DNA from: Squalus acanthias
Lineage: Eukaryota
Assembly (NCBI GenBank): GCA_030390025.1
Contig: CM059431.1
Coordinates: forward strand, 97,838,001-97,902,000
Direction: 5' to 3'
Length of the DNA: 64,000 bases
Shown here: in pieces, positions 26,138-40,010 of the stretch
How the letters are laid out: every line of letters begins with the position of its first letter
How positions within the stretch are numbered: the first letter of the stretch is position 1
Position numbers and translations under genes: made by a program
The notes under the pieces: model-generated
The model's database searches: none
The model's input: the letters and a program-made list of their open reading frames with translations, nothing else
What the model was told of the DNA's origin: nothing

Positions 26138-26672
26138 CAATGTTCCCTCTAAGCTGTCTGGCCGCACAGTGATGGGAAAGGTCCCGCGCGGGCCGCTCAC
26201 CGGCTTCTCCATTGTACACACCGCGCAGGCGCAGATATTTAAAGGGACCGCGCACTAAAAGAAACAGGCCGCGCAGAGCAATATAAGATTCTGAGGGGGA
26301 TTGACAGGGTAGAAGCTGAGAGGTTGTTTCCCCCTGGCTGGAGAGTCTAGAACCAGGGGTCACAGTCTCAGGATAAGGGGTCAGCCATTTAGGACTGAGA
26401 TGAGGGGAATTTCTTCACTCAGAGGGTTGTGAATCTTTGGAATTCTCTGCCCCAGAGGGCTGTGGATGCTCAGTCGTTGAGTATATTCAATGCTGAGATC
26501 GATAGATTTTTGGACTCTAAGGGAATCAAGGGATATGGGGATAGTGCAGGAAAATGGAGATGAGGTCGAAGATCAGCCATGATCTTATTGAATGGCGGAG
26601 CAGGCTCGAGGGGCTGAATGGCCGACTCCTGCTCCTAATTCTTATGTAAAGCGCAGCTTACAGGGAGCATTG
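26138..26672. mobile_element. hAT-like MITE, itself interrupted by a CR1 3' fragment (~26280-26647, plus strand)
   Basis: TIRs caatgttccctctaagctg / cagcttacagggagcattg; 8-bp imperfect TSD ttaatggc / tttgtggc. Confidence 0.75.
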
Positions 26673-29600
26673 TTTGTGGCCCCTAGTTTTGGACTCCCCC
26701 CACGCACATCTTCTCTACATCTACCCTATCAAATCCCTTCATAATTGTAAAGACCTCCCTCAGCCTTCCCTTTTCTGGAGAAGAGAGCCCCAGCCTGTTG
26801 AGCCTTTCCTGATAGTGAGAACCTCTCAGTTCTGGTTTCATCATTCTGTTCCAGTTTGTGGTGACCTTCTCTCCACGGCCAGATACTGCGGAAGAAGTTC
26901 TTGTTTCGCTGAAGAGTTGGAGCTGTTCCCTGACCCTGACAGTCAGACAGACCTGAAGCCAGTTATAGTGAGGAACGGAGCTTGTATTGCAATAAAAAAA
27001 TAAGTTATACAAGCAGCTTGCTTGATTTATGTACATTGTTTGTTGTAGGAGTAAAATACTGAAATCTCTGGGGCCCATTTTGCCTCGATACAATTTTTAA
27101 AAAGTTGTGTGTAGTTGGGAAATTACCAAAATGGCCTCGCCCCCTCTGTCCAATAACGTTTGTATAATAAGTATGTGCTGCTCATGAACCCTCGGGTAAG
27201 CTTCCATTAAGAGGAAACGTGGCTGTAATCTTCCTTATTTAGGTTTTATTTGAAACTTCTGTAAGGCAGCCAGAGAGGCAACTATTGCGAGGGGGGATTG
27301 GCGTGGGATGGTGAGTGAGTAATCCTCGGCAGAGCATGGTCTCGAGCCTGGAGTTGGTGTGGGGTGTTCACTGCATGTGACTCTGAAGTGAATCGGGAGA
27401 CAGACCAAGTACTGGCGACGATTTAGACCAGCTGGGAATAACGACTGGGTACCGCACAAGCCGTTGAGTTTGTCTGATTTTAAAAAAATATATAAATCTA
27501 CCCGTGCCAGCCGTGGATCAGTGAGTAGACACTCGGGTCTGAGCCGGAAGGTCGAGGGTTCAACTCCCAATCCAGAGACTTGAGTGTAGGAACAGGAGGA
27601 GGCCACTCAGCCCATCGAGCCTGCTCCGCCATTCTATTCGATCGCGGCTGATCTGTACCTCAACTCCATTGACCCGCCTTTGCTCCGTATCCCCCGATAC
27701 CCTTACCCAACAAAAATCCATCGCTCTCAGTCTTGAAATCTTCAATTGACCCCCCCAGCATCCACAGATTTTTGGGGGAGAGTGTTCCAGATTTCCACCA
27801 CCCTTTGTGTGAAGAAGTGCTTCCTGACATCACCCCTGAACGGCCCGGCTCTAATTTTAAGGTGATGCCCCCTTGTTCTGGACTCCCCCACCAGAGGAAA
27901 TAGTTTCTATCTATCTACCCCATCAACCCATAATGTAGGCTAACACTCTAGTGCAGTTGCTGTTTGTGGGACCTTGCTGTGCGCAAGTTGGCTGTTGCAT
28001 TTGATGACATAAGTGACTACACTTTAACAGCTTCTCATTGGCTGTGAAGTGCTTTGGGATGCCTTGAGGAAGTGCAAGGCGCTATAGAAATTAAAGTCCT
28101 TCTGTTCCTTCCCTTTTTTGTACAGCGATAAACACATTCCTCTCTCGGGGTTGGGGGTGTGTGGAATCACGAATTTCAAACTTTAGCCGTGTTTGACTAT
28201 AAATGGGAGAGGGGAGGGAGGAAGGTTCACATTCTGGTCGTGTTCCGAAGGCCCGTTATGTCCAATGCTTTTCTAGCAGAATAGTTTCTCGTGGGGCTAC
28301 ACTTGGATAAGTTCCAAGTAAATTCCCATCACATTGCTCTGAATAAGTCGCAGAATGCACTGTTTCTATAACAATGGGGATCCTATAAAGTCGGCCATAT
28401 GCTTACCCCGAGAAGCTTGTTCTAAGTAGGTTTCAGTTTCCTCTCAGCGAGAATCCTTGAAGCACAGGATTGTTCAAATGCTAGGCCAGTTACAGCTTGC
28501 AATAATGCAAATTTTGTGGGATCTCTCTCCATAACCTCAAGGGTTGTGAAACACATTTTGGCTTTTGTTCTAAGTCATGAATAGAGCGTTGATTGTGCAA
28601 TGTTCCTGGCTGAATTCAGGCTGTGCAGTCTCGGCTTGTTGTAAAGCTATCTGTCCGGCTCTGTAATGATCACAAGATCAAGGTGGGCTGGTCTAGTCTG
28701 TCAAAGCTTGTTTCAACATCTTCATAAGACTTCTGACCGCCATAGTCCATGTTGCTTCATCCTGTAAAATTTAATCAGCTGTCCAGTTTGACGTCTTGTC
28801 ACTGTAACAAAAGATGAAACCTGCTTTTCTGAATGGCGAGAAGTTGGGAACTGTGGGGGAGCGGAGAGATTCAGGGGTCCAAGTACACAAATCACTGAAA
28901 GCTAATGCACAGGTACAACAAATAATTAAACAGGCTACTGGAATGTTGGCCTTTATCTCAATGAGGCTGGGATACAAAGGGGTGGAGGTTGTGTTCCAGT
29001 TTATATAAAGCTCTGGTTAGACCCCATCTGGAGTAACCGTTCAGTTCTGGGCCCCGCACCTCAGGAAGGATATAGGGGCCTCGGAGGGGGAGCAGCGCAG
29101 ATTCACCAGAATGATACCGGGGGCTAAAAGGGTTAAATTATGAGGACAGGTTGCACAGACTAGGTTTGTATTCCCCTGAATATAGAAGATTAAGGGGTGA
29201 ACTGAAAGGGCAGTGGAAGCAGATTCAATAGTAACTTTCAAAAGGAGAAATTTGCAGGGCTGTGGGTAAAGAGCAGGGGGAGTGGGACTAATTGCAGAGC
29301 TCTTTCAAAGAGCCGGCACGATGGGCCAAATGGCCTCTGTGCTGTATCATTCTATGTGGTTTTGTTTCTTTCCATCTCTGGTACGAAACGGGCACAGACC
29401 TGAAGACAAGAATATCTTCGCATTGAAAACCTTTTCAGTGCGATGCCAAAAACCATTGGAGAAAATCTTTTTAAAAGCTCTGTGGTTGTGTGAGTCAGTC
29501 GGCTGCGATTGTACTGGTGTTAGGGGGTGGGGCCGCCGGCTTGTGTAATCGGGGGGAGGGGGGGGCAACCCACAGTGTAACCCCCCCAGTGTAACCCCCC

Positions 29601-30486
29601 AGTGTAACCCCCCAGTGCAAACTCCCAGTGCAACCCCCCAGTGTAACCCCCAGTGTAACCCCTGAAATAAAACCTAGAAATGCACAGCCGGCCGGGCAGA
29701 GTCTGTAACCGGAAAATACAGGTCATGACCTTTCGGGTGACCTTTTTCTTCCCGTTTTAAGTTGGATTCCAGGATGTTGGCACCAGTGAGCTGGTGTTTC
29801 GGCCGTTTTGAAAATTAGTTTTTGTTAACCATTTGCAGGGTGGGTTTTACCGGAGATACAAGTCTATGGAAACTGGTTTGGTGGCAGGAACTGGGTCACC
29901 CACACCAGCTCCCACAATCCTGCTTAAAAGACCAATTTTGCAAAAGGCTCCATCCTGAACTGTGTAGTCAGTCTCTTCACCATGAGTCTTTGTACTGAAG
30001 AAAGAACAGCAAAGTGGGCACTCCACTACAGTGGCCTTTCAAAGCAAGATACAGAGGCAGTTGGCCAGTCCTGAGGCTCTGCCCCCATGTTTCAGTGGGG
30101 TACGAGTTTCTGTGAAGTACACCTGGGATCTGGGAGTTCTGTTTCGGCTGAAACAGTCACTCATCACCCCTGTGCTCGCTGACCTACATTGGCTCCCAGT
30201 CCCTGAACCTGATTTTTAAATTTTTAGACTTGTTTTCAAATCCCTCCATGGTCTCGCCCCTCACTATCTCTGTAACCTCCTCCAGCCCTACAACCCTCCG
30301 AGACTTCTTCATGATTCCAAATTTTCCCTCTTGCGCATCCCTGATTTCCATCGCTCCACCATTGCCGGCCGTGCCTTCAGTTGCCTAGGCCCTAAACTCT
30401 GGAATTCCCTCCCCGAACCTCTCCACCTCTCTCCTTTTTAAGATGCTCCTTAAAACCTACCTCTTTGACCAAGCTTTTGGTCACCT

Positions 30487-31368
30487 TTTTTTTATTCGTT
30501 TATGGGATGTGGGTGTCGCTGGCAAGGCCAGCATTTATTGCCCATCCCTAATTGCCCTGAGAAGGCGGTGGTGAACTGCCTTCTTGAACCGCTACAGTCC
30601 GTGTGGTGAAGGTACTCCCACAGTGCTGTTAGGGAGGGAGTTCAAGGATTTTGACCCAGTGACGATGAAGGATCGGCGATATCCTTCCAAGTCAGGATGG
30701 TGTGTGACTTGGAGGGGAACTTGTAGGTGGTGGTGTTCCCATGCGCCTGCTGCCCTTGTTTTTCTCGGTGGTAGAGGTCGCGGGTTTGGGAGGTGCTGCC
30801 GAAGAAGCCTTGGCGAGTTGCTGCAGTGCATCTTGGAGACGGTACACACTGCAGCCATGGTGCGCCGGTGGTGGAGGGAGTGAATGTTTAAGGTGGTGGA
30901 TGGGGTGCCAATCAAGCAGGCTGCTTTGTCCTGGATGGTGTCGAGCTTCTTGAGTGTTGTTGGAGCTGCGCTCATCCAAGCAAGTGGAGAGTATTCCATC
31001 ACACTCCTTACTTGTGCCTTGTAGATGGTAGAAAGGCTTTGGGAAGTCAGGAGGTGAGACACTCGCTGCAGAATACCTAGCTTCTGACTTGCTCTTGTTG
31101 CCACAGTATTTATGTAGCTGGTCCAGTTAAGTTTCTGGTCAATGGTGACACCCAGGATGTTGATGATGGGGGATTCGGCGATGCTAATGCCGTTGAATGT
31201 CAAGGGGAGGTGGTTAGACTCTTGCTTGTTGGTGATGGTCATTGCCTGGCACTTGTGTGGCGTGAATGTTACCGGCCACTTATCAGCCCAAGCCTGAACG
31301 TTGTCCAGGTCTTGTTGCTCGTGGACATGGACTGCTTCATTATCTGAGGAGTTGTGAATGGCGCTGAA
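30487..31368 (-). mobile_element. Poly(A)-tailed CR1-group LINE of a second family, nested in an L2-like tail
   Basis: ORF 30592-31371 encodes an RT C-terminus (QDLDNVQAWADKW, LGVTIDQKLNW, YKAQVRSVMEY). TSD CACCT at 30482-30486 and 31369-31373. Same tail at ~15900-16085 and ~61350-61470. Confidence 0.85.
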
Positions 31369-31643
31369 CACCTGTCCTAATATCTCCTTATGTGGCTCGA
31401 TGTCAAATTTTGTTTGATAACGCTCCTGTGAAACGCCTTGGGATGTTTTACTGCGTTAAAGGCGATATATAAATACAAGCTGTTGTTAATAGTCTCCAAT
31501 CCAAAAGTCTCGGAAAGACGTGAAGTTTCAAATCCGTATTCGAGTATTGAGATCTAAAAGGGAAGTTAAGTCTCCTGCCTCCGTGTCTGGGACACATACT
31601 GCTGTTCACAGCACGGCCCAAAGTCACCCTAGCGGCCGGCGCT

Positions 31644-32277
31644 CATTCACTGGCGATCAGACCCCATTCACTGGCTGTCAGACCCCATTCACTGGCTGTC
31701 AGACCCCATTCACTGGCTATCAGACCCCATTCACTGGCTGTCAGACCCCATTCACTGGCTATCAGACCCCATTCACTGGCGATCAGACCCCATTCACTGG
31801 CTGTCAGACCCCATTCACTGGCTGTCAGACCCCATTCACTGGCTATCAGACCCCATTCACTGGCGATCAGACCCCATTCACTGGCTGTCAGACCCCATTC
31901 ACTGGCTGTCAGACCCCATTCACTGGCTGTCAGACCCCATTCACTGGCTGTCAGACCCCATTCACTGGCTATCAGACCCCATTCACTGGCTATCAGACCC
32001 CATTCACTGGCTATCAGACCCCATTCACTGGCTATCAGACCCCATTCACTGGCTATCAGACCCCATTCACTGGCTATCAGACCCCATTCACTGGCTATCA
32101 GACCCCATTCACTGGCTGTCAGACCCCATTCACTGGCTATCAGACCCCATTCACTGGCTGTCAGACCCCATTCACTGGCTGTCAGACCCCATTCACTGGC
32201 TATCAGACCCCATTCACTGGCTATCAGACCCCATTCACTGGCTATCAGACCCCATTCACTGGCTATCAGACCCCATT
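31644..32277. repeat. 21-bp minisatellite CATTCACTGGCT(G/A)TCAGACCC, ~30 copies
   Basis: Directly visible, no indels. Confidence 0.97.
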
Positions 32278-32692
32278 CCTCGGGTTCCCAATGTGCTGCT
32301 GGTACAACAACAACAACATGAACAACAACTTGCCTTTTTGATTCAAAAAAAACCTTCCATTAAATATCCCCTTGGTCTTCGTTGATTCAATGTAAATAGT
32401 CCCCTCCTCAGATTCCCATCGTGCTGTGTCATCCTGGTGAATCTACGCTGTATGCTCTCCATGACTTTAATGTCCTTTCTATGATGCACTCAGTATTCTA
32501 ACCGTGACCTAACCAATGCCTTCAACTTTATCATGACCTCTTTGCTCTTGTACTGAATGCTCCTGTGTATAAAACCCAAATGACTTCTTGGCTTTATCTA
32601 CCAGCGTTCCTCCTTTTGAGGAATTGTGCATTTGAACCTGTATATTGCTCTGTTCCTTCACACCCTCCAGTAATCGGTGTGCACTCCACTCT

Positions 32693-34935
32693 TGTCAGCC
32701 GTGGCTCAGTGGGCAGCACTCTCGCCTCTGAGTCAGAAGGTTGTGGGTTCAAGTCCCACTCCAGAGACTTGAGCACAAAAAAATCTAGGCTGACACTCCA
32801 GTGCAGTGCTGAGGGAGTGCTGCACTGTCGGAGGGGCAGTACTGAGGGAGTGCCGCACTGTCGGAGGGGCAGTACTGAGGGAGCGCTGCACTGTCGGAGG
32901 GGCAGTACTGAGGGAGTGCCGCACTGTCGGAGGGGCAGTACTGAGGGAGCGCTGCACTGTCGGAGGGGCAGTACTGAGGGAGCGCTGCACTGTCGGAGGG
33001 TTAGTACTGAGGGAGCGCTGCACTGTCGGAGGGTTAGTACTGAGGGAGTGCTGCACTGTCGGAGGGTTAGTACTGAGGGAGTGCTGCACTGTCGGAGGAG
33101 CAGGACTGAGGGAGCGCTGCACTGTCGGAGGGGCAGTACTGAGGGAGCGCTGCACTGTCGGAGGGGCAGTACTGAGGGAGTGCTGCACTGTCGGAGGGGC
33201 AGTACTGAGAGCGCAGCACTGTCGGAGGGGCAGTACTGAGAGAGTGCAGCACTGTCGGAGGGGCAGTACGGAGGGAGCGCTGCACTGTCGGAGGGGCAGT
33301 ACTGAGGGAGCGCTACACTGTCGGAGGGGCAGTACTGAGGGAGTGCTGCACTGTCGGAGGGGCAGTACTGAGGGAGTGCTGCACTGTCGGAGGGGTAGTA
33401 CTGAGGGAGCGCTGCACTGTCGGAGGGGCAGTACTGAGGGAGCGCTGCACTGTCGGAGGGGCAGTACTGAGGGAGCGCTGCACTGTCGGAGGGGCAGTAC
33501 TGAGGGAGCGCTGCACTGTCGGAGGGGCAGTGCTGAGGGAGCGCTGCACTGTCGGAGGGACAGTACTGAGGGAGTGCTGCACTGTCGGAGGGGCAGTACT
33601 GAGGGAGTGCTGCACTGTCGGAGGGGCAGTACTGAGAGAGCGCAGCACTGTCGGAGGGGCAGTACTGAGAGAGTGCAGCACTGTCGGAGGGGCAGTACTG
33701 AGGGAGCGCCGCATTGTCGGAGGGGCAGTACTGAGGGAGCGCTGCACTGTCGGAGGGGCAGTACTGAGGGAGCAGTGCACTGTCGGAGGGGCAGTACCGA
33801 GGGGGCGACGCACTGTCGGAGGGGCAGTACCGAGGGGGCGACGCACTGTCGGAGGGGCAGTACTGAGGGAGCGCTGCACTGTCGGAGGGGCAGTACTGAG
33901 GGAGCGCTGCACTGTCGGAAGGGCAGTACTGAGGGAGTGCCGCACTGTCGGAGGGGCAGTACTGAGGGAGCGCTGCACTGTCGGAGGGGCAGTACTGAGG
34001 GAGCGCTGCACTGTTGGAGGGGCAGTACTGAGGGAACGCTGCACTGTCGGAGGGGCAGTACTGACGGAGCGCTGCACTGTCGGAGGGGCAGAACTGAGGG
34101 AGCGCTGCACTGTTGGAGGGGCAGCACTGTGGGAAAGCTGCACTGTCGGAGGGGCAGTACTGAGGGAGCGCTGCACTGTCGGAGGGGCAGTACTGAGGGA
34201 GCGCTGCACTGTCGGAGGGGCAGTACTGAGGGAGTGCCGCACTGTCGGAGAGGCAGTACTGAGGGAGCGCTGCACTGTCGGAGGGGCAGTACTGAGGGAG
34301 TGCTGCACTGTCGGAGGGGCAGTACTGAGGGAGGGCCGCACTGTCGGAAGGGCTGTACTGAGGGAGCGCCGCACTGTCGGAGGGGCAGTACTGAGGGAGC
34401 GCCGCACTGTCGGTGAGGCAGTACTGAGGGAGCGCCGCACTGTCGGAGAGGCAGTACTGAGGGAGCGCCGCACTGTCGGAGGGGCAGGACTGAGGGAGCG
34501 CCGCACTGTCGGAGAGGCAGCACTGAGGGAGCGCCGCACTGTCGGAGGGGCAGTACTGAGGGAGGGACGCACTGTCGGAGAGGCAGTACTGAGGGAGCGC
34601 CGCACTGTCGGAGGTGCCGTCTTTCGGATGAGACGTTAAACCGAAGCCCCGTCTGCTCTCTCAGGTGGATGTAAAAGATCCCATGGCACTATTTCGAAGA
34701 AGAGCAGGGGAGTTATCCCTGGTGTCCTGGCCAATATTTATCCCTCAATCAACATCACAAAAACAGATTACCTGGTCATTATCACATTGCTGTTTGTGGG
34801 AACTTGCTGTGCACAAATTGGCTGCTGCGTTTCCTACATTACAACAGTGACTACACTTCAAAAAGTACTTCATTGACTGTAAAGCGCTTTGGGACGTCCG
34901 GTGGTCGTGAATGGCGCTATAGAAATGCAAGTCTT
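32693..34935 (+). mobile_element. Full SINE with ~55-unit 33-bp array (~32803-34614)
   Basis: Intact A/B-box head, array, body and tail. Confidence 0.92.
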
Positions 34936-37900
34936 CCTTTCTTTGTTTTTCCTCCAAAAATGCTTTACCTTGCACTTCTCCACATTAAATTGCGTCTGCC
35001 CCCTGCCTCCCATCCCACTAACCTGCTGATGCCTTCCTGAAGTATTTGATAGACCTTCTTGTTTGTCAAACCCTCTGCCGCTGTCCTGAGTTAGAACCTG
35101 TGCAGCCATTAACCTCCCTTCCCTCATTTTGGAGAGGTGAGTCGGGGATGAAAGTGTGCCAGACAGTCAGACTGTGTAAAGCGCACCTTCTCGTCTATGT
35201 GGGATGAAAGGTTGAGGCTGTTCAGTGAGAGAGCAGCATATATTTTAAAACAAAACTGAAGTTAGCAGTGGGGATTCTGTGCCATTGAGAGGTGTAGTTC
35301 CAGGGTTTTGCAAATGTCTAGAGATGTTTCTAATGGTAGCACAGGCCATTCTACAAATGGACCCCCTGGTTCCCATCCTGTAAGGAACTTGTGCTGTTCT
35401 TGTCATTGACCTTTCACCACTCCACCTTCTGAACAACCTTTCAGCTTCATCTCTCTTGTTCCCTGTAGTTTTCGCTCTGCTTTTATGAACAGCAGTTTAC
35501 CTTTCTATGGAGAGCATTTCCAACAGTTTAGGGTTTTTAGTTCTGACGGCATTTTTACTTTTCAAAAACTCTTTGGCAAGTTTAATTTATCCTTTTCCCC
35601 ATTATTGCTTCATGAAAGCTTTGCTTTGTTGTTGGCCCCATTGGGCTTGCATCTGAGTGAAATTAATGTCAGTAATTTGCATTGAGATCTAACTGGAATG
35701 GATTCCTAAGGTCAACGCAGCACTTCATCTTTAAGCAACTCCTGAAGAATGTTGGACTGAGGCCCAGGTTCTGGGCAGAAAGCCGAAGGGCCTGGGGGCT
35801 CGGAGAGGGACGGCCCATGGGAAGGGGAAGCAGTTGGGAGGGGCGTATGTGCCAACTAAGAGAAGTTGCAAAAGCTAACGGGAAGCTTTGAAAAAGCTAA
35901 CGGGTCAAAGGCTGTCAGCCAACAGTTGCACAAAGGAGAGGTTGGGCGGCTTTGAACAATCTAAAGTTATACCAACACTCTAAATACTTACACTGCAGGA
36001 AAACAATATTTGGCTGAGGGTGTGGATTTAGAAATTTAAAATGGGAAAGCGAGCACTGACACTAAAATATTTTGTTTCCCACTTCCCACCTGAGAAATTA
36101 TGGATTTTGCTTTATTTGGTGCATTTGGGAATCTTCTCTTAGAGTGTCAGCTTGTTTGAGTTGGTGACACTTTCAGTCAGCAGGTTGGGGGTTCAAGTCC
36201 CACTCCAGAGACTCGAGCCCGTAGTCCAGGCTGACACTCCCAGTGCAGTACTGAGGGAGCGCCGCACTGTCGGAGGGGCAGTACTGAGGGAGTGCTGCAC
36301 TGTCGGAGGGGCAGTACTGAGGGAGTGCCGCACTGTCGGAGAGGCAGTACTGAGGGAGCGCCGCACTGTCGGAGGGGCAGTACTGAGGGAGCGCCGCACT
36401 GTCGGAGAGGCAGTACTGAGGGAGTGCTGCACTGTCGGAGGGTCAGTACTGAGGGAGTGCTGCACTGTCGGAGGGGCAGTACTGAGGGAGTGCTGCACTG
36501 TCGGAGAGGCAGTACTGAGGGAGTGCTGCACTGTCGGAGAGGCAGTACTGAGGGAGTGCTGCACTGTCGGAGGGGCAGTACTGAGGGAGCGCTGCACTGT
36601 CGGAGGGGCAGTACTGAGGGAGTGCTGCACTGTCGGAGGGGCAGTACTGAGGGAGTGCTGCACTGTCGGAGAGGCAGTACTGAGGGAGCGCTGCACTGTC
36701 GGAGGGGCAGTACCGAGGGAGCGTCGCATTGTCGGAGGGGCAGTACTGAGGGAGCGCTGCACTGTCGGAGGGGCAGTACCGAGGGAGCGTTGCACTGTCG
36801 GAGGGGCAAGACCGAGGGAGCGTCGCACTGTCGGAAGGGCAGTACTGAGGGAGTGCTACACTGTCGCAGGGGCAGTACTGAGGGAGTGCTGCACTGTCGG
36901 AGGGGTAGTACTGAGGGAGCGCTGCACTGTCGGAGGGGCAGTACTGAGGGAGCAGTGCACTGTCGGAGGGGCAGTACCGAGGGGGCGACGCACTGTCGGA
37001 GGGGCAGTACTGAGGGAGCGCTGCACTGTCGGAGGGGCAGTACTGAGGGAGCGCTGCACTGTCGGAAGGGCAGTACTGAGGGAGTGCCGCACTGTCGGAG
37101 GGGCAGTACTGAGGGAGCGCTGCACTGTCGGAGGGGCAGTACTGAGGGAGCGCTGCACTGTTGGAGGGGCAGTACTGAGGGAACGCTGCACTGTCGGAGG
37201 GGCAGTACTGACGGAGCGCTGCACTGTCGGAGGGGCAGTACTGAGGGAGCGCTGCACTGTTGGAGGGGCAGCACTGTGGGAAAGCTGCACTGTCGGAGGG
37301 GCAGTACTGAGGGAGCGCTGCACTGTCGGAGGGGCAGTACTGAGGGAGCGCTGCACTGTCGGAGGGGCAGTACTGAGGGAGTGCCGCACTGTCGGAGAGG
37401 CAGTACTGAGGGAGCGCTGCACTGTCGGAGGGGCAGTACTGAGGGAGTGCTGCACTGTCGGAGGGGCAGTACTGAGGGAGGGCCGCACTGTCGGAAGGGC
37501 TGTACTGAGGGAGCGCCGCACTGTCGGAGGGGCAGTACTGAGGGAGCGCCGCACTGTCGGTGAGGCAGTACTGAGGGAGCGCCGCACTGTCGGAGAGGCA
37601 GTACTGAGGGAGCGCCGCACTGTCGGAGGGGCAGGACTGAGGGAGCGCCGCACTGTCGGAGAGGCAGCACTGAGGGAGCGCCGCACTGTCGGAGGGGTAG
37701 TACTGAGGGAGGGACGCACTGTCGGAGAGGCAGTACTGAGGGAGCGCCGCACTGTCGGAGGTGCCGTCTTTCGGATGAGACGTTAAACCGAAGCCCCGTC
37801 TGCTCTCTCAGGTGGATGTAAAAGATCCCATGGCACTATTTCGAAGAAGAGCAGGGGAGTTATCCCTGGTGTCCTGGCCAATATTTATCCCTCAATCAAC

Positions 37901-40010
37901 ATCACAAAAACAGATTACCTGGTCATTATCACATTGCTGTTTGTGGGAACTTGCTGTGCACAAATTGGCTGCCGCGTTTCCTACATTACAACAGTGACTA
38001 CACTTCAAAAAGTACTTCATTGACTGTAAAGCGCTTTGGGACGTCCGGTGGTCGTGAATGGCGCTATAGAAATGCAAGTCTTCCTTTCTTTGTTTTTCCT
38101 CCAAAAATGCTTTACCTTGCACTTCTCCACATTAAATTGCGTCTGCCCCCTGCCTCCCATCCCACTAACCTGCTGATGCCTTCCTGAAGTATTTGATAGA
38201 CCTTCTTGTTTGTCAAACCCTCTGCCGCTGTCCTGAGTTAGAACCTGTGCAGCCATTAACCTCCCTTCCCTCATTTTGGAGAGGTGAGTCGGGGATGAAA
38301 GTGTGCCAGACAGTCAGACTGTGTAAAGCGCACCTTCTCGTCTATGTGGGATGAAAGGTTGAGGCTGTTCAGTGAGAGAGCAGCATATATTTTAAAACAA
38401 AACTGAAGTTAGCAGTGGGGATTCTGTGCCATTGAGAGGTGTAGTTCCAGGGTTTTGCAAATGTCTAGAGATGTTTCTAATGGTAGCACAGGCCATTCTA
38501 CAAATGGACCCCCTGGTTCCCATCCTGTAAGGAACTTGTGCTGTTCTTGTCATTGACCTTTCACCACTCCACCTTCTGAACAACCTTTCAGCTTCATCTC
38601 TCTTGTTCCCTGTAGTTTTCGCTCTGCTTTTATGAACAGCAGTTTACCTTTCTATGGAGAGCATTTCCAACAGTTTAGGGTTTTTAGTTCTGACGGCATT
38701 TTTACTTTTCAAAAACTCTTTGGCAAGTTTAATTTATCCTTTTCCCCATTATTGCTTCATGAAAGCTTTGCTTTGTTGTTGGCCCCATTGGGCTTGCATC
38801 TGAGTGAAATTAATGTCAGTAATTTGCATTGAGATCTAACTGGAATGGATTCCTAAGGTCAACGCAGCACTTCATCTTTAAGCAACTCCTGAAGAATGTT
38901 GGACTGAGGCCCAGGTTCTGGGCAGAAAGCCGAAGGGCCTGGGGGCTCGGAGAGGGACGGCCCATGGGAAGGGGAAGCAGTTGGGAGGGGCGTATGTGCC
39001 AACTAAGAGAAGTTGCAAAAGCTAACGGGAAGCTTTGAAAAAGCTAACGGGTCAAAGGCTGTCAGCCAACAGTTGCACAAAGGAGAGGTTGGGCGGCTTT
39101 GAACAATCTAAAGTTATACCAACACTCTAAATACTTACACTGCAGGAAAACAATATTTGGCTGAGGGTGTGGATTTAGAAATTTAAAATGGGAAAGCGAG
39201 CACTGACACTAAAATATTTTGTTTCCCACTTCCCACCTGAGAAATTATGGATTTTGCTTTATTTGGTGCATTTGGGAATCTTCTCTTAGAGTGTCAGCTT
39301 GTTTGAGTTGGTGACACTTTCAGTCAGCAGGTTGGGGGTTCAAGTCCCACTCCAGAGACTCGAGCCCGTAGTCCAGGCTGACACTCCCAGTGCAGTACTG
39401 AGGGAGCGCCGCACTGTCGGAGAGGCAGTACTGAGGGAGCGCCGCACTGTCGGAGGGGCAGTACTGAGGGAGTGCCGCACTGTCAGAGGGGCAGTACTGA
39501 GGGAGTGCTGCACTGTCGGAGGGGCAGTACTGAGGGAGTGCCGCACTGTCGGAGGGGCAGTACTGAGGGAGTGCTGCACTGTCGGAGGGGCAGTACTGAG
39601 GGAGTGCCGCACTGTCGGAGGGGCAGTACTGAGGGAGTGCTGCACTGTCGGAGGGGCAGTACTGAGGGAGTGCTGCACTGTCGGAGGGGCAGTACTGAGG
39701 GAGTGCTGCACTGTCGGAGGGGCAGTACTGAGGGAGTGCTGCACTGTCGGAGGGGCAGTACTGAGGGAGTGCTGCACTGTCGGAGAGGCAGTACTGAGGG
39801 AGCGCTGCACTGTCGGAGGGGCAGTACCGAGGGAGCGTCGCATTGTCGGAGGGGCAGTACTGAGGGAGCGCTGCACTGTCGGAGGGGCAGTACCGAGGGA
39901 GCGTTGCACTGTCGGAGGGGCAAGACCGAGGGAGCGTCGCACTGTCGGAAGGGCAGTACTGAGGGAGTGCTACACTGTCGCAGGGGCAGTACTGAGGGAG
40001 TGCTGCACTG
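33750..40010 (+). repeat. Tandem segmental duplication, period 3147 bp
   Basis: Unique sequence 34615-36245 recurs almost identically at 37762-39392; ORF calls are offset by 3147. Confidence 0.93.
36143..38082 (+). mobile_element. Hybrid SINE with ~46-unit array at a duplication junction
   Basis: Head matches the SINE at 39290; body and tail match the SINE at 32693. Confidence 0.88.

Noticed and set aside
31520..32341. 273-aa ORF of TPFTG(C/Y/D)Q heptads
   Set aside because: Product of a 21-bp minisatellite with a non-ATG start, no splice signals and no recognisable domain.
32733..37786. Long ORFs (400-600 aa) of HCRRGSTEGAL / VLRERCTVGGA / QRSLSTAPPTV repeats, also at 10.5-12, 17-18.5, 21, 24 and 39-40 kb
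   Set aside because: They are translations of a 33-bp unit (a multiple of 3) that is stop-free in most frames on both strands and lies inside SINEs; there is no sign of a gene.
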